Notes: a model not told the origin generated them from the sequence alone. A stretch of DNA of 64,000 nucleotides from Nitrospinota bacterium (GCA_016235255.1 JACRLM010000074.1:1435-65434); one strand, 5' to 3'. Shown: positions 45,504-55,005, counted from the first letter of the stretch. Program-made: numbers and translations.

Positions 45504-45844
45504 TGAACGGAACGATTGCGATTGATATTGACGCGAGGGCGGTTCTGGAGCGGCTGTCATCCGACGAGAAGCTGATCCTGGTGATCGAGGCGCTGGCGGA
45601 AAGGCATTTCCGGCCGGCGGGGGTGAAAGACCTGGTGGAAGCCACCGGACTTGCGGCGGCGACGGTGATAACAAAGCTCGGCGCGCTCCAGGCCAATGAC
45701 TGGGCGGAAAAAGTGGACGACCGCTACCGCCTCGGGAAAGGGATTTTGGACATTGCGTTTTGCGTTTACAGGGGTGCGGCGGACGCGGCCTTGAAGATAG
45801 CGGATGAAATCAAACAATACGGAGGAATCGGAAATGGCAAGTAA
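45503..45844 (+). CDS. winged-helix (MarR/IclR-N-like) early protein
   Basis: The ATG at 45503 overlaps the preceding TGA; VKDLVEATGLAAATVITKLGALQANDWAEKVDDRYRLG. Confidence 0.45.
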   Translation: MNGTIAIDIDARAVLERLSSDEKLILVIEALAERHFRPAGVKDLVEATGLAAATVITKLGALQANDWAEKVDDRYRLGKGILDIAFCVYRGAADAALKIADEIKQYGGIGNGK

Positions 45845-46745
45845 TAAAAAAGTTAGCCGCGTGGCGAAACTCAAAGAGCGCCGCGTTGAGCGGTTCGCGG
45901 CGGAGAAAAAAGAACAGCCGAAGACGGCGGCGGTGGCGCTGGCGCATCCGGCCAGCGCGAAGGACAAGGCGGTGGAGAAATTGCGTGGGGGCTTGCCCGC
46001 ATCCATAGAGGAGCGATGGGCGCTCATTGAAAAAGGCTATTCCGATGCGGCGCAAATAATTTTCACAAACGGAGCCGCGCTTTTGACCATTCAGGCGGAC
46101 CTGCCGCACGGAGATTTTCTGGCGGGGCTGGAGGATCGCGGCATCGCCAAGTCCACCGCTTACAACATGATGAAAGTCGCCAGGGCGTTTGGGGAAAATA
46201 TCGCGGCTTTCAAAAAGATTCTGCCATCGAAATTATACACACTGGTCGAGGCGGGGATGAGCGCCGAGGATTATGACCCGGAGAAAGACACGCTCGGCGG
46301 CACGCCGCTGGACGAGATAGACCGGCTGCCGGTGAGAAAATTGAAAACCGCGTTGCGCGAGCATAAGGATAAAGAAAAGAAGCTTTCAAAAAACCTTGAA
46401 GCGGCGGAGACAAAAATCGGCCAGCTTGAAAAACAGCTGCACCCCGTGGCCAACAGCACAAAAGACACGCTGAAAGTGGCTGCGGAGATCCGCGTGCAGG
46501 GGCTGATGGCCCTGGCTCCTCTTGGCAGGATCAACCTGGAGGAGGTGGAGGACGCGGAGATCATCGGCGAGTTTTACGCGGCGGTGGCGACGAACATTAT
46601 CGAGCACATGGAGTGGATACGGACGCTGGAGAAGCACCGGGGTTTTGTCGGCGTAAATCCCAAAGGGCTTGACACCAGCACCGCCGCCGAATGGCTGGTG
46701 GAGCGAGAGCTCATTCCAGCGGAAGAGATGGCCGTGAACGCGTGA
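45834..46745 (+). CDS. DUF3102-like phage protein
   Basis: GGAGGA before the ATG at 45834; FTNGAALLTIQADLPHGDFLAGLEDRGIAKSTAYNMMKVARAFG matches my recollection of DUF3102. Confidence 0.5.
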   Translation: MASNKKVSRVAKLKERRVERFAAEKKEQPKTAAVALAHPASAKDKAVEKLRGGLPASIEERWALIEKGYSDAAQIIFTNGAALLTIQADLPHGDFLAGLEDRGIAKSTAYNMMKVARAFGENIAAFKKILPSKLYTLVEAGMSAEDYDPEKDTLGGTPLDEIDRLPVRKLKTALREHKDKEKKLSKNLEAAETKIGQLEKQLHPVANSTKDTLKVAAEIRVQGLMALAPLGRINLEEVEDAEIIGEFYAAVATNIIEHMEWIRTLEKHRGFVGVNPKGLDTSTAAEWLVERELIPAEEMAVNA

Positions 46746-46753
46746 CCACGCGA

Positions 46754-48502
46754 ATGAAAATCTCCGCAACCACCGCAAAACAGATCGCCGAAGGGCGGGC
46801 CGCGCATTCCGGCCCGCTGGGCGATTATGTGGCGCGGTGCGCGGAGGTGTATCGTGTGAGCGTCAAGACGATCTATCGCATCCTCAACGCGCACGGCAAG
46901 GGAAGCGGGCGGACGCGGGCGAAGCGGGGATCGGCGATATCTGATGAAACGGCGAAGCGCTGCTTCGCTTTGCTTTCCGCGTCGAGGCGGCGGAACAACC
47001 AGGTGCTTGGCGCCACGCCGGACGCGGTCCGGATTTTAGAGCAAAACGGGCTGGCTGTGGGGGGGATGAGCGCCGGGGCGTGGAACCGCAGACTGCGTGA
47101 GCTGGGGCTGACGGCGCGTGGATTGAAAGCGGAAAAAGCGTATCGCCCGATTTATACCGACCACCCCAACGAGCTCTGGCTGACGGACGCAACACCGTGC
47201 GTGATGTATTTCCTGGCGGATGGCGGGGCGGTGCGGGCGAACCGGGACTTTACCATCGAGGTCTCCCGCAAACCGGAGGATATGCGGAAAGTGCGGGAGC
47301 ATCTGATCCGCTATGCAATGGTGGATCACACCAGCGGCGCCTTCTTCTTCCAATATGTTTATGCGGCGGGGGAGAACACAAACGATGTGATGAATTTTAT
47401 CTACCAGGCGATGGCGGCGAAGGATGACAGCCGGTTTCCATTCCGGGGGGTTCCGCGCTTTTTATGGACAGACCCCGGAAGCGCCTTTAAAAACGCCATT
47501 ATCACAAACCTCTGCGAGAACCTCGATGTGACACTCACCCATCATCTGCCGGGAAACCCCCGCGCGAAGGGGGCGGTGGAAACGATAAACAACTGGCTGA
47601 CGCGGTGGTTTGAGGCGTGGCTTGCGCTGAAAACTCCGGCGAGTCTGGTGCAACTCAACGCCTGGGCGTTTGATTTTTGCGTTTGGAAAAACGCGCAGAA
47701 CTGTTTTCGCGGCTCCTTGGCGCGGACGGCGCTCTGGATGACGATCACGCAGGAGCAACTGCGCGAGTGCCCGCCCAAAGAAATCTTCGGGCGGCTGGCG
47801 GCGACGGAACCTGTGCGCCGCAGGATATCGCCGAACCTGCAGATAAGCTTCGGCGGGAAAATGTACCGGCTCCCCAACGATCCGGCGCTCAACGGGCAGG
47901 AGGCTTTTGTTCGGCTGAACGCATACGACTTTGGCAAAGCGGAGGTGATCGTGTGGCGGGGGACGGAAAAGGAAACGCGGTTTGCGCTGGCGCCCATCGA
48001 GAAAGACATTTATGGGCGGACGATTGACGTGGAGACGGCCCAGCGGCCGGGCGCGCCGAAGGCGATAAAGGACGGCGCGGTGGAGACGGGCAAAAAAGAA
48101 GCTGAAAAGTTTTTGGCCGGCTACGGAGTGGAGTTCAAGGGGACGGGGAGCCACCGCAGGGCGCTTCCCGCGAAAGAGCATTCCGGGGCGCGGCTAAAAG
48201 TGTTTGGCGAGATGGCGGAAAACCTGCCGGACGTGGCGCTGATCCCGCGCAAAGGGACGGAACACCCGGCCACGGCGCAAGCGGCGGCGGAACCGGCGAC
48301 TGTATATCCGCTGATCTCCGCGATGGAAATAATCATGGGCGAAATGGGGAGAGACAGGCTTTACGCGGCGGAAAACGATCATTTGCACGCGATGTATCCG
48401 GCCGGCATGACGGAGGCGGACATTCGCCAGGCGGTGGCGCTTTTCACCCGGCAGGATGGCGGCGAAAAGGTTGTGACATTGCGCCCGGCGGTGAACGAAT
48501 AA
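46754..48502 (+). CDS. DDE (rve-type) transposase, MuA-like
   Basis: Catalytic triad context LWLTDATP (D), FLWTDPGSAF (D), KGAVETINN (E); N-terminal HTH VSVKTIYRILN. Confidence 0.85.
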   Translation: MKISATTAKQIAEGRAAHSGPLGDYVARCAEVYRVSVKTIYRILNAHGKGSGRTRAKRGSAISDETAKRCFALLSASRRRNNQVLGATPDAVRILEQNGLAVGGMSAGAWNRRLRELGLTARGLKAEKAYRPIYTDHPNELWLTDATPCVMYFLADGGAVRANRDFTIEVSRKPEDMRKVREHLIRYAMVDHTSGAFFFQYVYAAGENTNDVMNFIYQAMAAKDDSRFPFRGVPRFLWTDPGSAFKNAIITNLCENLDVTLTHHLPGNPRAKGAVETINNWLTRWFEAWLALKTPASLVQLNAWAFDFCVWKNAQNCFRGSLARTALWMTITQEQLRECPPKEIFGRLAATEPVRRRISPNLQISFGGKMYRLPNDPALNGQEAFVRLNAYDFGKAEVIVWRGTEKETRFALAPIEKDIYGRTIDVETAQRPGAPKAIKDGAVETGKKEAEKFLAGYGVEFKGTGSHRRALPAKEHSGARLKVFGEMAENLPDVALIPRKGTEHPATAQAAAEPATVYPLISAMEIIMGEMGRDRLYAAENDHLHAMYPAGMTEADIRQAVALFTRQDGGEKVVTLRPAVNE

Positions 48503-48523
48503 CCATTTTTTTACGGAGGCGAT

Positions 48524-49843
48524 GTGGCGAAAAAAGCGGCGGAGAAAATGCGGCGGAGGCCGAGGAAACCTCCCGGGGAACTGGCGGACCGGCGGCCGCA
48601 TTACATGCGGGGCCCAAAGCCGCGCCTGATCTGGCATTTCCAACTGGCGGCAAATGTCACGGACGAGGACATAGGCAAAGCCCTTGGCGTTTCCCGCAAC
48701 GAATGGGGGCTTTTTAAGCGATTCGGGCGGGAGCCGAACGCGGCGGGTTGGAAACAAAAAGTTCTGGCGCTTTTCAAGACCGGGCGGCGCGCGGCGGCGT
48801 TGAAAAACTTCATGGCGGAGTGGGGACTTAAAAAGCCGGAGGAGCTCTTCCGCGAGGAGAGCGCACCGGGGGAAGAGGCAAAGGCGGCGGCGGACAGGCG
48901 CAACGGAGCTAGGAGCCCGAAGCACAATCCGCCTGATGATGCATTCGTTTTAGATATGGAGGTGGAGGCGATGCTGATAGAGACGCAAAAACATTTCAGG
49001 CTTGAGGCGAACCCGTTTATCGAGGACGTGACGGAATATGGCGACGTGTTCCTGCCGCAGAAGTTCACGCGGCTGTACGAAAACCTGCACAAAGTGGCCA
49101 GGCAAGGGGGATTCACCGCTTTTGTGGGAGAGTCCGGCTGCGGGAAAAGCGTACTCCGCAAATATCTGGAGAGCAGGCTGGCGGATGAAGGTGTGACACA
49201 GGTGATCCGCCCGGCCACGCTGGACCAGCGGAAAATCACAACGGCGTCCATTTTGTATTCGATCATCGCGGACCTGGGCGGGCAAGCCTCGTTCACTTCC
49301 GAAGAGATCATGGTGCGCCGTGCGCGGGAGCTTTTGATTGCCCGGCTGGACGCGCACAAGCGCAATCTTTTGCTGATCGAGGACGGGCAGAGGCTGACTT
49401 CCGCCATGCTCTATTTTCTGAAAGGATTTTACGAGCTGGAGCATTGCGGCAAGCGGCTGGTGGGGATCATCATTTTCGCCCAGCCGGAGCTGGAAGGGCT
49501 GCTGGACGAAAACGGCAATTATGCGCTCCGGCAGACATCGCGGCGGATAGAGATGCTGAAAATGCCGTCGCTGAACGGGGAGACGCCGGATTATCTGCGA
49601 TTCAAGTTTGAGCGCGCCGGGGCGCGGCTGGAAGCGGTGTTCGACGCGGGGGCGGTGGAACAGATTCAGGAGGCGCTGACGCTGAAAGAAAAGATCGGGA
49701 TGCGGACGGTTAACGCCAGCAAATGTTATCCGCTGCTGGTGAACATCCTGGCGGTGAAAGCGATGAACATGGCGCAGAAGATGGGATACAAGAAAGTGAC
49801 GGCGGACGTGGTGATCGCGGCCCAGCGGCCGGGGAGGGACTGA
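48524..49843 (+). CDS. MuB/TniB-like AAA+ transposition ATPase
   Basis: FVGESGCGKSVL Walker A, LLLIEDGQRL Walker B; directly downstream of the transposase. Confidence 0.8.
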   Translation: MAKKAAEKMRRRPRKPPGELADRRPHYMRGPKPRLIWHFQLAANVTDEDIGKALGVSRNEWGLFKRFGREPNAAGWKQKVLALFKTGRRAAALKNFMAEWGLKKPEELFREESAPGEEAKAAADRRNGARSPKHNPPDDAFVLDMEVEAMLIETQKHFRLEANPFIEDVTEYGDVFLPQKFTRLYENLHKVARQGGFTAFVGESGCGKSVLRKYLESRLADEGVTQVIRPATLDQRKITTASILYSIIADLGGQASFTSEEIMVRRARELLIARLDAHKRNLLLIEDGQRLTSAMLYFLKGFYELEHCGKRLVGIIIFAQPELEGLLDENGNYALRQTSRRIEMLKMPSLNGETPDYLRFKFERAGARLEAVFDAGAVEQIQEALTLKEKIGMRTVNASKCYPLLVNILAVKAMNMAQKMGYKKVTADVVIAAQRPGRD

Positions 49844-50226
49844 TGCCGACGCGGGTTGAAGTTTACGAGGGGATGGTGGAACTGGAGCGGGCGATTGTCG
49901 CCGCGCTCAACGCGCACGCCCTGGGGGAACGCAACGCGCAGACGCAGGATGAACTGGCCGGGTGGGTGACCCTTTCGCTGGGGCACAAGGTGAGCGCGCG
50001 GGAAACGCGGCTGGTGATCCACACCTTGCGCACGATCTATAACGCCCCCATCGCAAGCCGTTACAGCAGCGGCGGGGGCTATTACGTGCCGCAGGGGGCG
50101 GATGAATTCCAGCGGTATGTGGACTCGCTGGAGGGGCATTTTCTGCAGATGGGAGAGCAGCTGGCGGCGGTGAAAAAGGCGATGGCGCGGACGTTCCCGC
50201 AGACGTCGCTGATACCGGGGCTTTAA
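49843..50226 (+). CDS. hypothetical early protein (winged-helix-like)
   Basis: TGATG overlap with the MuB-like gene; 127 aa. Confidence 0.4.
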   Translation: MPTRVEVYEGMVELERAIVAALNAHALGERNAQTQDELAGWVTLSLGHKVSARETRLVIHTLRTIYNAPIASRYSSGGGYYVPQGADEFQRYVDSLEGHFLQMGEQLAAVKKAMARTFPQTSLIPGL

Positions 50227-50232
50227 CTATTT

Positions 50233-50475
50233 ATGGAGGCGGAGATGGAGAACAGGAGCGGCATGCAGATCAGGTGCGGGCGGCGGGGGTGCGATTTTGA
50301 CGCGGAGGTGAAGATCGTGTTCACCCCGGCGGTGCTGACGCCCAGGGCGGGGATTGAGATCGGCTGGATGTGCCCGCAATGCGGTGAGAAAAACCACGCG
50401 ACGGCGGGCAAGGGTGTGGACGATATCAATTATGCGTTGAGCCGGGAGTTTGCGGCGGAGAGGAGGGAGGGATGA
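50233..50475 (+). CDS. zinc-ribbon protein
   Basis: CGRRGC...CPQCG four-Cys pattern; 80 aa. Confidence 0.4.
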   Translation: MEAEMENRSGMQIRCGRRGCDFDAEVKIVFTPAVLTPRAGIEIGWMCPQCGEKNHATAGKGVDDINYALSREFAAERREG

Positions 50476-50705
50476 GCGCTATCCGGAGGCAAACCATGAA
50501 GGCTGAAATCCATGAGCCGTTGTGCAAGCGGGTGATCGGCGTGATCGCGGCGGGGCTGTGGTGCATTTTCATTTGGGCGCCGCTGACGGCGTGGACGGCG
50601 GTTTTCGGGGCGAGCATCCGGCGCAAGCCGAGGCCGATGGCGAAAAGCGTTGACCGGCTGCCGTTGCGTGACGCGCGGCGGGGAAGCGCGGGGGCGGCGC
50701 GATGA
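50472..50705 (+). CDS. small membrane protein
   Basis: VIGVIAAGLWCIFIWAPLTAWTAVFGA hydrophobic hairpin; ATGA overlaps on both sides. Confidence 0.4.
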   Translation: MSAIRRQTMKAEIHEPLCKRVIGVIAAGLWCIFIWAPLTAWTAVFGASIRRKPRPMAKSVDRLPLRDARRGSAGAAR

Positions 50706-51268
50706 CGTTTGCAGGGGCCGTCGTGGTGGGGACGCCGCGCTCGTGTTCGGTCTGCGGAGACGTGTTCTGTAATCCCGATCCGCGACAGAGGTTCTGCCCG
50801 GAGCATATCGGGAAGATTGTCCCAGTCAGCGAGGATGCGCCTGGAGTTGATAAGGCGGATGAACAAACCATAACGGAGGACAAGAAGATGGCGGCGTGTG
50901 CGACATGCGGCGGTGAATTGAAAAAGAATCTCTACGGCAAAAACAAGGACCAGTGCTACCGGTGCGGGCGTGGCATGTCTCCGGTGAAAAAGACATCCAA
51001 CGTCCCCGCGCGGCGGGGAGCCGTGGTGAAACGGGCAGCCAGGGCGTTGCCTGTCCTTGTGGAGGGGGAGAACGCCATGCGGACGTTCAAGGGGCAGGAG
51101 GACGGGACGATGCGGATGGTGGCGATAATCGAACGGTTGATCGAGAAAACGGAGTCCCCGATTCCGGGGGCGGTTTTGGAGAACCTTTCCCAGGCGATTC
51201 TAAATCATTCCGCCGCAGTGAGGGCGCGGGAGGAACGAGCGGCCGCGGGAGGGGAACATGTGCGGTGA
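50702..51268 (+). CDS. double zinc-ribbon early protein
   Basis: GTPRSCSVCGDVF...CPEH and CATCGG...CYRCG. Confidence 0.45.
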   Translation: MTFAGAVVVGTPRSCSVCGDVFCNPDPRQRFCPEHIGKIVPVSEDAPGVDKADEQTITEDKKMAACATCGGELKKNLYGKNKDQCYRCGRGMSPVKKTSNVPARRGAVVKRAARALPVLVEGENAMRTFKGQEDGTMRMVAIIERLIEKTESPIPGAVLENLSQAILNHSAAVRAREERAAAGGEHVR

Positions 51269-51479
51269 GGGGATGAGGCATAAAGAGATGCAGTTTACCG
51301 AGAAGCCCGCGCTTGCGCTGACCCGAGGGGCTGTGTTTATCAGTGAGGTAGGGGAAGACGACCGGTGGGTGATGGCTGATATTTATGACTATCTGTCCAT
51401 CCATGACTACCTTGGCTATTCGGTGGTGACGCACGTTCCAACCGGGAGGAGAGTTTTTGAATTATTAATGAGTTCATAA
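51258..51479 (+). CDS. hypothetical early protein (start uncertain)
   Basis: 73-aa track ORF; alternative ATG at 51273. Confidence 0.3.
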   Translation: MCGEGMRHKEMQFTEKPALALTRGAVFISEVGEDDRWVMADIYDYLSIHDYLGYSVVTHVPTGRRVFELLMSS

Positions 51480-51577
51480 GTATGTTTTACACGATTATCG
51501 CAAAAAATGTCAAATTTAGCCCTCTTTTCAAGATTTCCGTAACCGATTTTGTATAGATACTAATGAACTCATTAATA
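51463..51577. repeat. 15-bp perfect inverted repeat bracketing an 85-bp AT-rich spacer
   Basis: TATTAATGAGTTCAT (51463-51477) and ATGAACTCATTAATA (51563-51577). The arms cover the stop region of one ORF and the start codon of the next. Confidence 0.9.
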
Positions 51578-51796
51578 GATAGGCGGGAGGACGCGGAGAA
51601 GCTTATCGCTTTTATGCTGGATCACGGCTGGCTCCGGGACTTCGCCGATCACGATTACCGCGACCTCCCTTGCAACCCGATCAGCATTGGTGACACGGGG
51701 GTTATCGCGCGGACGGTGAAGGCGGCTGTGCTCGGCCACGCTAGATGGTTGGAGAGGGATATGTACGGTTTTTACGGAGACGAAGACGACCTATGA
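51563..51796 (+). CDS. hypothetical early protein
   Basis: 77-aa ORF; no SD; the start codon lies inside the inverted-repeat arm. Confidence 0.35.
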   Translation: MNSLIDRREDAEKLIAFMLDHGWLRDFADHDYRDLPCNPISIGDTGVIARTVKAAVLGHARWLERDMYGFYGDEDDL

Positions 51797-52188
51797 ACTG
51801 CGCGAATTGCCTAAAGAAAGCCAAGGACGCGCCGCAATACGCGGAGATCGGCGGACGGCGGCTTTATGCGTTCGGGAAAGGGCTTGGATCGCTGGCGGAC
51901 GTGGCGCGGGCAAAGAGGGAGCGGCTGGAGGCGGAGCGGGAGGAGTTTATTGATGGGATTTTGGAAAAGGAGACGCTTCGACAGGGCTTCGACAAGCTCA
52001 GCCTGACAGAGGTGGCTCCACAGCGAAAGCGTTTGACGTGGCGCGACAGGGCGAGGCATTGGTTAAACCCGCTTCATTTTTATTGCACGCTGGAGCTGGC
52101 CATGCCGCGCACGCTGGCGATCAAGATCGCGCGGGGATATGAGCAGCGGTTTTATCTGCGGATTTTTTCGCAAAAGGAGGCGGCGTAA
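51794..52188 (+). CDS. hypothetical early protein
   Basis: ATGA overlap at 51794; 131 aa, starts MNCANCLKK. Confidence 0.4.
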
Positions 52189-52468
52189 TGGAAAAGACGG
52201 GCTGGGGGCGGGGTTGCTGGAAGACTGGGAGAACCGGCGGTATGAGCCGTGGGGGAAGGCGGCCAGCGCCGCTTGCCGTTTGGCAAAAGAGGCGGAAAAC
52301 ATCTGCCGGGGCCGGAGTGAGCGCATGATCGTGGGGCATATCAACGCAACGCGGCCTTTATCACCGGAAACGGAGTAATCGTTTTGCTTGTGATCGTATC
52401 GGTTGTTTTCGCCGCGTACACGGGATCGTATTGGCGGGGGCTTTGGATGTGGGTTTTGGGAGGGAGAA

Positions 52469-52669
52469 ATGAAAGTTTTGGGGACTCCGAGATCGTGCGC
52501 TGCGTGCGGGATACGGTTTTTGTCGCCGGAGCCGGAGACGGTGCGGAAACTGTGCTCGATGCACGCGGGGAAAATGATATCAGTGACTGGCGACGATATG
52601 GGGGAGATCGGGGCTTTTAGCGGGCATTCATATCGCGTGGTGCGCAACAAAAGAAGAGGGCGGGAGTGA
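52469..52669 (+). CDS. small zinc-ribbon protein (paralog of the 50702 N-terminus)
   Basis: MKVLGTPRSCAACGIRFLSPEPETVRKLCSMHAGK; overlaps the dnaB start by 4 nt. Confidence 0.45.
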   Translation: MKVLGTPRSCAACGIRFLSPEPETVRKLCSMHAGKMISVTGDDMGEIGAFSGHSYRVVRNKRRGRE

Positions 52670-54006
52670 TGGCGGCACGGACGCCTCCGAACGACATGCA
52701 CGCCGAGGGGCAGACGCTGGGGGCGGCGCTTCTGGACAACGAGGCTTTCGCGCGGGCGCTGGAGATCATCAAGGGGGAAGAGTATTTTTACGCGCCGAAA
52801 CACCGGAAGATTTTCGCGGCGATGACGGCGCTGTTTGAAAAGAGCGAGCCGATTGACCTTGTCACTCTGCAGGCGGAACTGGACCGGCGGGGGGAGCTTG
52901 CGGCGGCGGGCGGAATTGAATATCTGGCGGAGCTTGTGGAGGGGACGCCGACGGCGGTTAACGTGGGGGCCCACGCGCGGATTGTGCGGGAGAAACACGT
53001 TTTGCGCCGGGCGATCCGGGCCGGAAATGAAATCGCGGAGCGTGCCTATGAAGAAGAGGGGGAGATAAAAGAGTTCCTCGATTTTATGGAGCGCACGGCG
53101 CTTTCCATCGCGAACGACATGGTGACCGGGGAGGCGGTGATCGCGGCGAAGCTTGTGACGCCAGCGGTGCAGCATATCGAAAAGCTGTATGAGACAAAGC
53201 AGCTGATAACCGGGCTTCCGACGGGGTATGGCGAACTGGACACGCTGACGGGGGGACTGCAACCGGGGAACCTTGTGATCGTGGCGGGGCGCCCATCTAT
53301 GGGAAAGACGGCGTTTGCGCTGAACGTTTGCGGGCACGCATGCAACGCTGGAAAGATCGCGGGGGTGTTCTCGCTTGAGATGACGGCGCAGGAACTGGTG
53401 CTCCGGGCTTTATGCGCGGAGGCGCGGGTGTCCGGCCACAGGTTGCGGACTGGATACCTGGCCAAAAGTGACTGGCCGAACCTTGCGGCGGCGGCGGGGC
53501 GGGTGCATGACTGGAAAATGTATGTGGACGACACGGCGAGCATGACGACGATGGGGATACGGGCGAAGGCGCGGCGGGTGAAAACGTCGGCGGGGGGGCT
53601 GGACCTTATCGTCGTGGACTATCTGGGGCTGATCACGCCGGCGAAGGGGAGCGAGAACCGGGTGATCGAACTGGGGGAGATGACGCGGAGTTTGAAAGCG
53701 CTGGCGAAAGAACTGTCATGCCCGGTGATTTTGATATCGCAGCTTTCGCGGATGGCGGAAGAGAAGGCGGACAAGCGGCCGGAGCTTCGGCATTTGCGGG
53801 GAAGCGGGGACATCGAGCAGGACGCGGACGTGGTGCTGTTCGTCCATCGCGAGGAATTTTATACGCCGGACAAGGCGGAGGCGCAAGGGATCGCGGAGAT
53901 CATCATAGGCAAACAACGCAATGGTCCGCTGGGGACTGTGCGGCTGGCTTATTTAAAAGAGATCACGAAGTTTGAGAATCTGGAAAGGAAAGGGAATTAT
54001 GCGTGA
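52666..54006 (+). CDS. dnaB: replicative DNA helicase DnaB family
   Basis: PPNDMHAEGQTLGAALLDNEAF N-terminal domain, GRPSMGKTAFALN Walker A, LIVVDYLGLI Walker B, ISQLSR, GSGDIEQDADVV. Confidence 0.92.
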   Translation: MMAARTPPNDMHAEGQTLGAALLDNEAFARALEIIKGEEYFYAPKHRKIFAAMTALFEKSEPIDLVTLQAELDRRGELAAAGGIEYLAELVEGTPTAVNVGAHARIVREKHVLRRAIRAGNEIAERAYEEEGEIKEFLDFMERTALSIANDMVTGEAVIAAKLVTPAVQHIEKLYETKQLITGLPTGYGELDTLTGGLQPGNLVIVAGRPSMGKTAFALNVCGHACNAGKIAGVFSLEMTAQELVLRALCAEARVSGHRLRTGYLAKSDWPNLAAAAGRVHDWKMYVDDTASMTTMGIRAKARRVKTSAGGLDLIVVDYLGLITPAKGSENRVIELGEMTRSLKALAKELSCPVILISQLSRMAEEKADKRPELRHLRGSGDIEQDADVVLFVHREEFYTPDKAEAQGIAEIIIGKQRNGPLGTVRLAYLKEITKFENLERKGNYA

Positions 54007-54499
54007 AGGAATTTTTAACCCGGACAAGGCGCTAAAAGAAATCGGGAAGCTGGATAGGCGGATAATCAAGGCGCAGACGGCGCTTGACGAAAAGATCGCC
54101 AGGTTGCGCGAGGAGGCAACGGCGATGGCGGGGCCGTTGATCGAAGAGAAGAAGCGGATCGAGGCGGAGCTTGAAAGCTATTGCGTTGAGAACAAAAAAC
54201 GGCTGTTCCACGGGGCGCGGAACGCGGCGCTTTTGTTCGGCGTGGTGGGGTTTAAAAAGACGCCGGGGAAAATGGAAGGGCCGAAGGATGAGGCGCTGAT
54301 CGCGCGGTTGAAAGCGGTGGTGAAAAAAGGGTGGACGAAATACGTCAAGGTCAGGGTGTCGCCGAATAAGGACACGATAAAGACGTTGCCGGTGGAGACG
54401 CTCAAAGAACTCGGCGTGAAAATCGTGCGCGAGGACCGGTTCTATTATGAGGTGGACGAATCGGCGCTGGAAAACGCGATTGAGGACGAGGCGGCGTGA
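53999..54499 (+). CDS. gam: Gam-like host-nuclease inhibitor
   Basis: N-terminal coiled coil (LDRRIIKAQTALDEKIARLREEA), LESYCVENKKRLF, FGVVGFKKTPGK; fits the Mu Gam family. The ATG at 53999 overlaps the dnaB end. Confidence 0.7.
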   Translation: MREGIFNPDKALKEIGKLDRRIIKAQTALDEKIARLREEATAMAGPLIEEKKRIEAELESYCVENKKRLFHGARNAALLFGVVGFKKTPGKMEGPKDEALIARLKAVVKKGWTKYVKVRVSPNKDTIKTLPVETLKELGVKIVREDRFYYEVDESALENAIEDEAA

Positions 54500-55005
54500 A
54501 AGCGTCGGCGGAGCGGACGGCGATTATCCGGCATATTTTTGGGCGGGCGAGGGAGATCGGGATTGATGACGACACGCTGCGAGACGTGGCGCTACAGCTG
54601 ACGGGCGTGCGGAATCCGGAGACGGGCGGAGGGTCTATTTCGCGGTTGGGGATTAGGCAATTGCGGGGATTGTTGGCGCATTTAAAAGAGCGGGGAGCAT
54701 CAAAAAAGCCGGAGGCGCGGGCGGGTTGGCTGGCCAGCGAGGCGCAGGTGACGTTGATACATCAATTGCACCGGGAGTTGACGGCGATGGGGGATCTGCG
54801 AGACCCGGTGGGTTTTATGAGGTCGGTGACCGGGCGGGATCAGGTGGAGCATTTACCCAGGGTGGGGAGGCGGGCGGTTTCGGCGCAGGGGTATATTGAG
54901 ATATTGTTCGACAAGAAGAAAAAGGCGCTGGAAAAGGGGTCAAAAATAATTTCTGGCGAGGCGGATTCCATTCCACCTGATGGAATAGCATTCCATAAAG
55001 TCTAA
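54496..55005 (+). CDS. GemA-like regulatory protein (Mu gp16/DUF1018)
   Basis: IIRHIFGRAREIGIDDDTLRDVALQLTGVRN...LGIRQLRGLLAHLKERG matches the DUF1018 pattern. Last gene before the right end. Confidence 0.65.
   Translation: MKASAERTAIIRHIFGRAREIGIDDDTLRDVALQLTGVRNPETGGGSISRLGIRQLRGLLAHLKERGASKKPEARAGWLASEAQVTLIHQLHRELTAMGDLRDPVGFMRSVTGRDQVEHLPRVGRRAVSAQGYIEILFDKKKKALEKGSKIISGEADSIPPDGIAFHKV
54966..54995. repeat. sub-terminal TTCCA/TGGAA cluster (right end)
   Basis: TTCCATTCCACCTGATGGAATAGCATTCCA. It overlaps the last codons of the GemA-like ORF. Confidence 0.8.

Noticed and set aside
52139-52378. 79-aa track ORF between 51794..52188 and the zinc-ribbon gene
   Set aside because: Its listed start lies inside the preceding gene. 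The only ATG near the junction (52187) is in another frame and gives a 46-aa Gly/Arg-rich product. A TTG start near 52211 is possible but unsupported, so it is left unannotated.
52063-53337. 424-aa minus-strand ORF, and similar long antisense ORFs (8110..8943 +, 6623..7513 +, 28844..29917 +, 29223..30218 +, 43461..44264 -, 47462..48181 -, 48194..48925 -, 55323..56078 -, 58030..58674 -, 60555..61220 -)
   Set aside because: Each lies opposite a confidently identified gene (dnaB, porin, aminotransferase, major tail, bro, transposase, MuB, pckA, and so on). They have Arg/Pro/Gly/His-rich composition typical of shadow frames in high-GC DNA.
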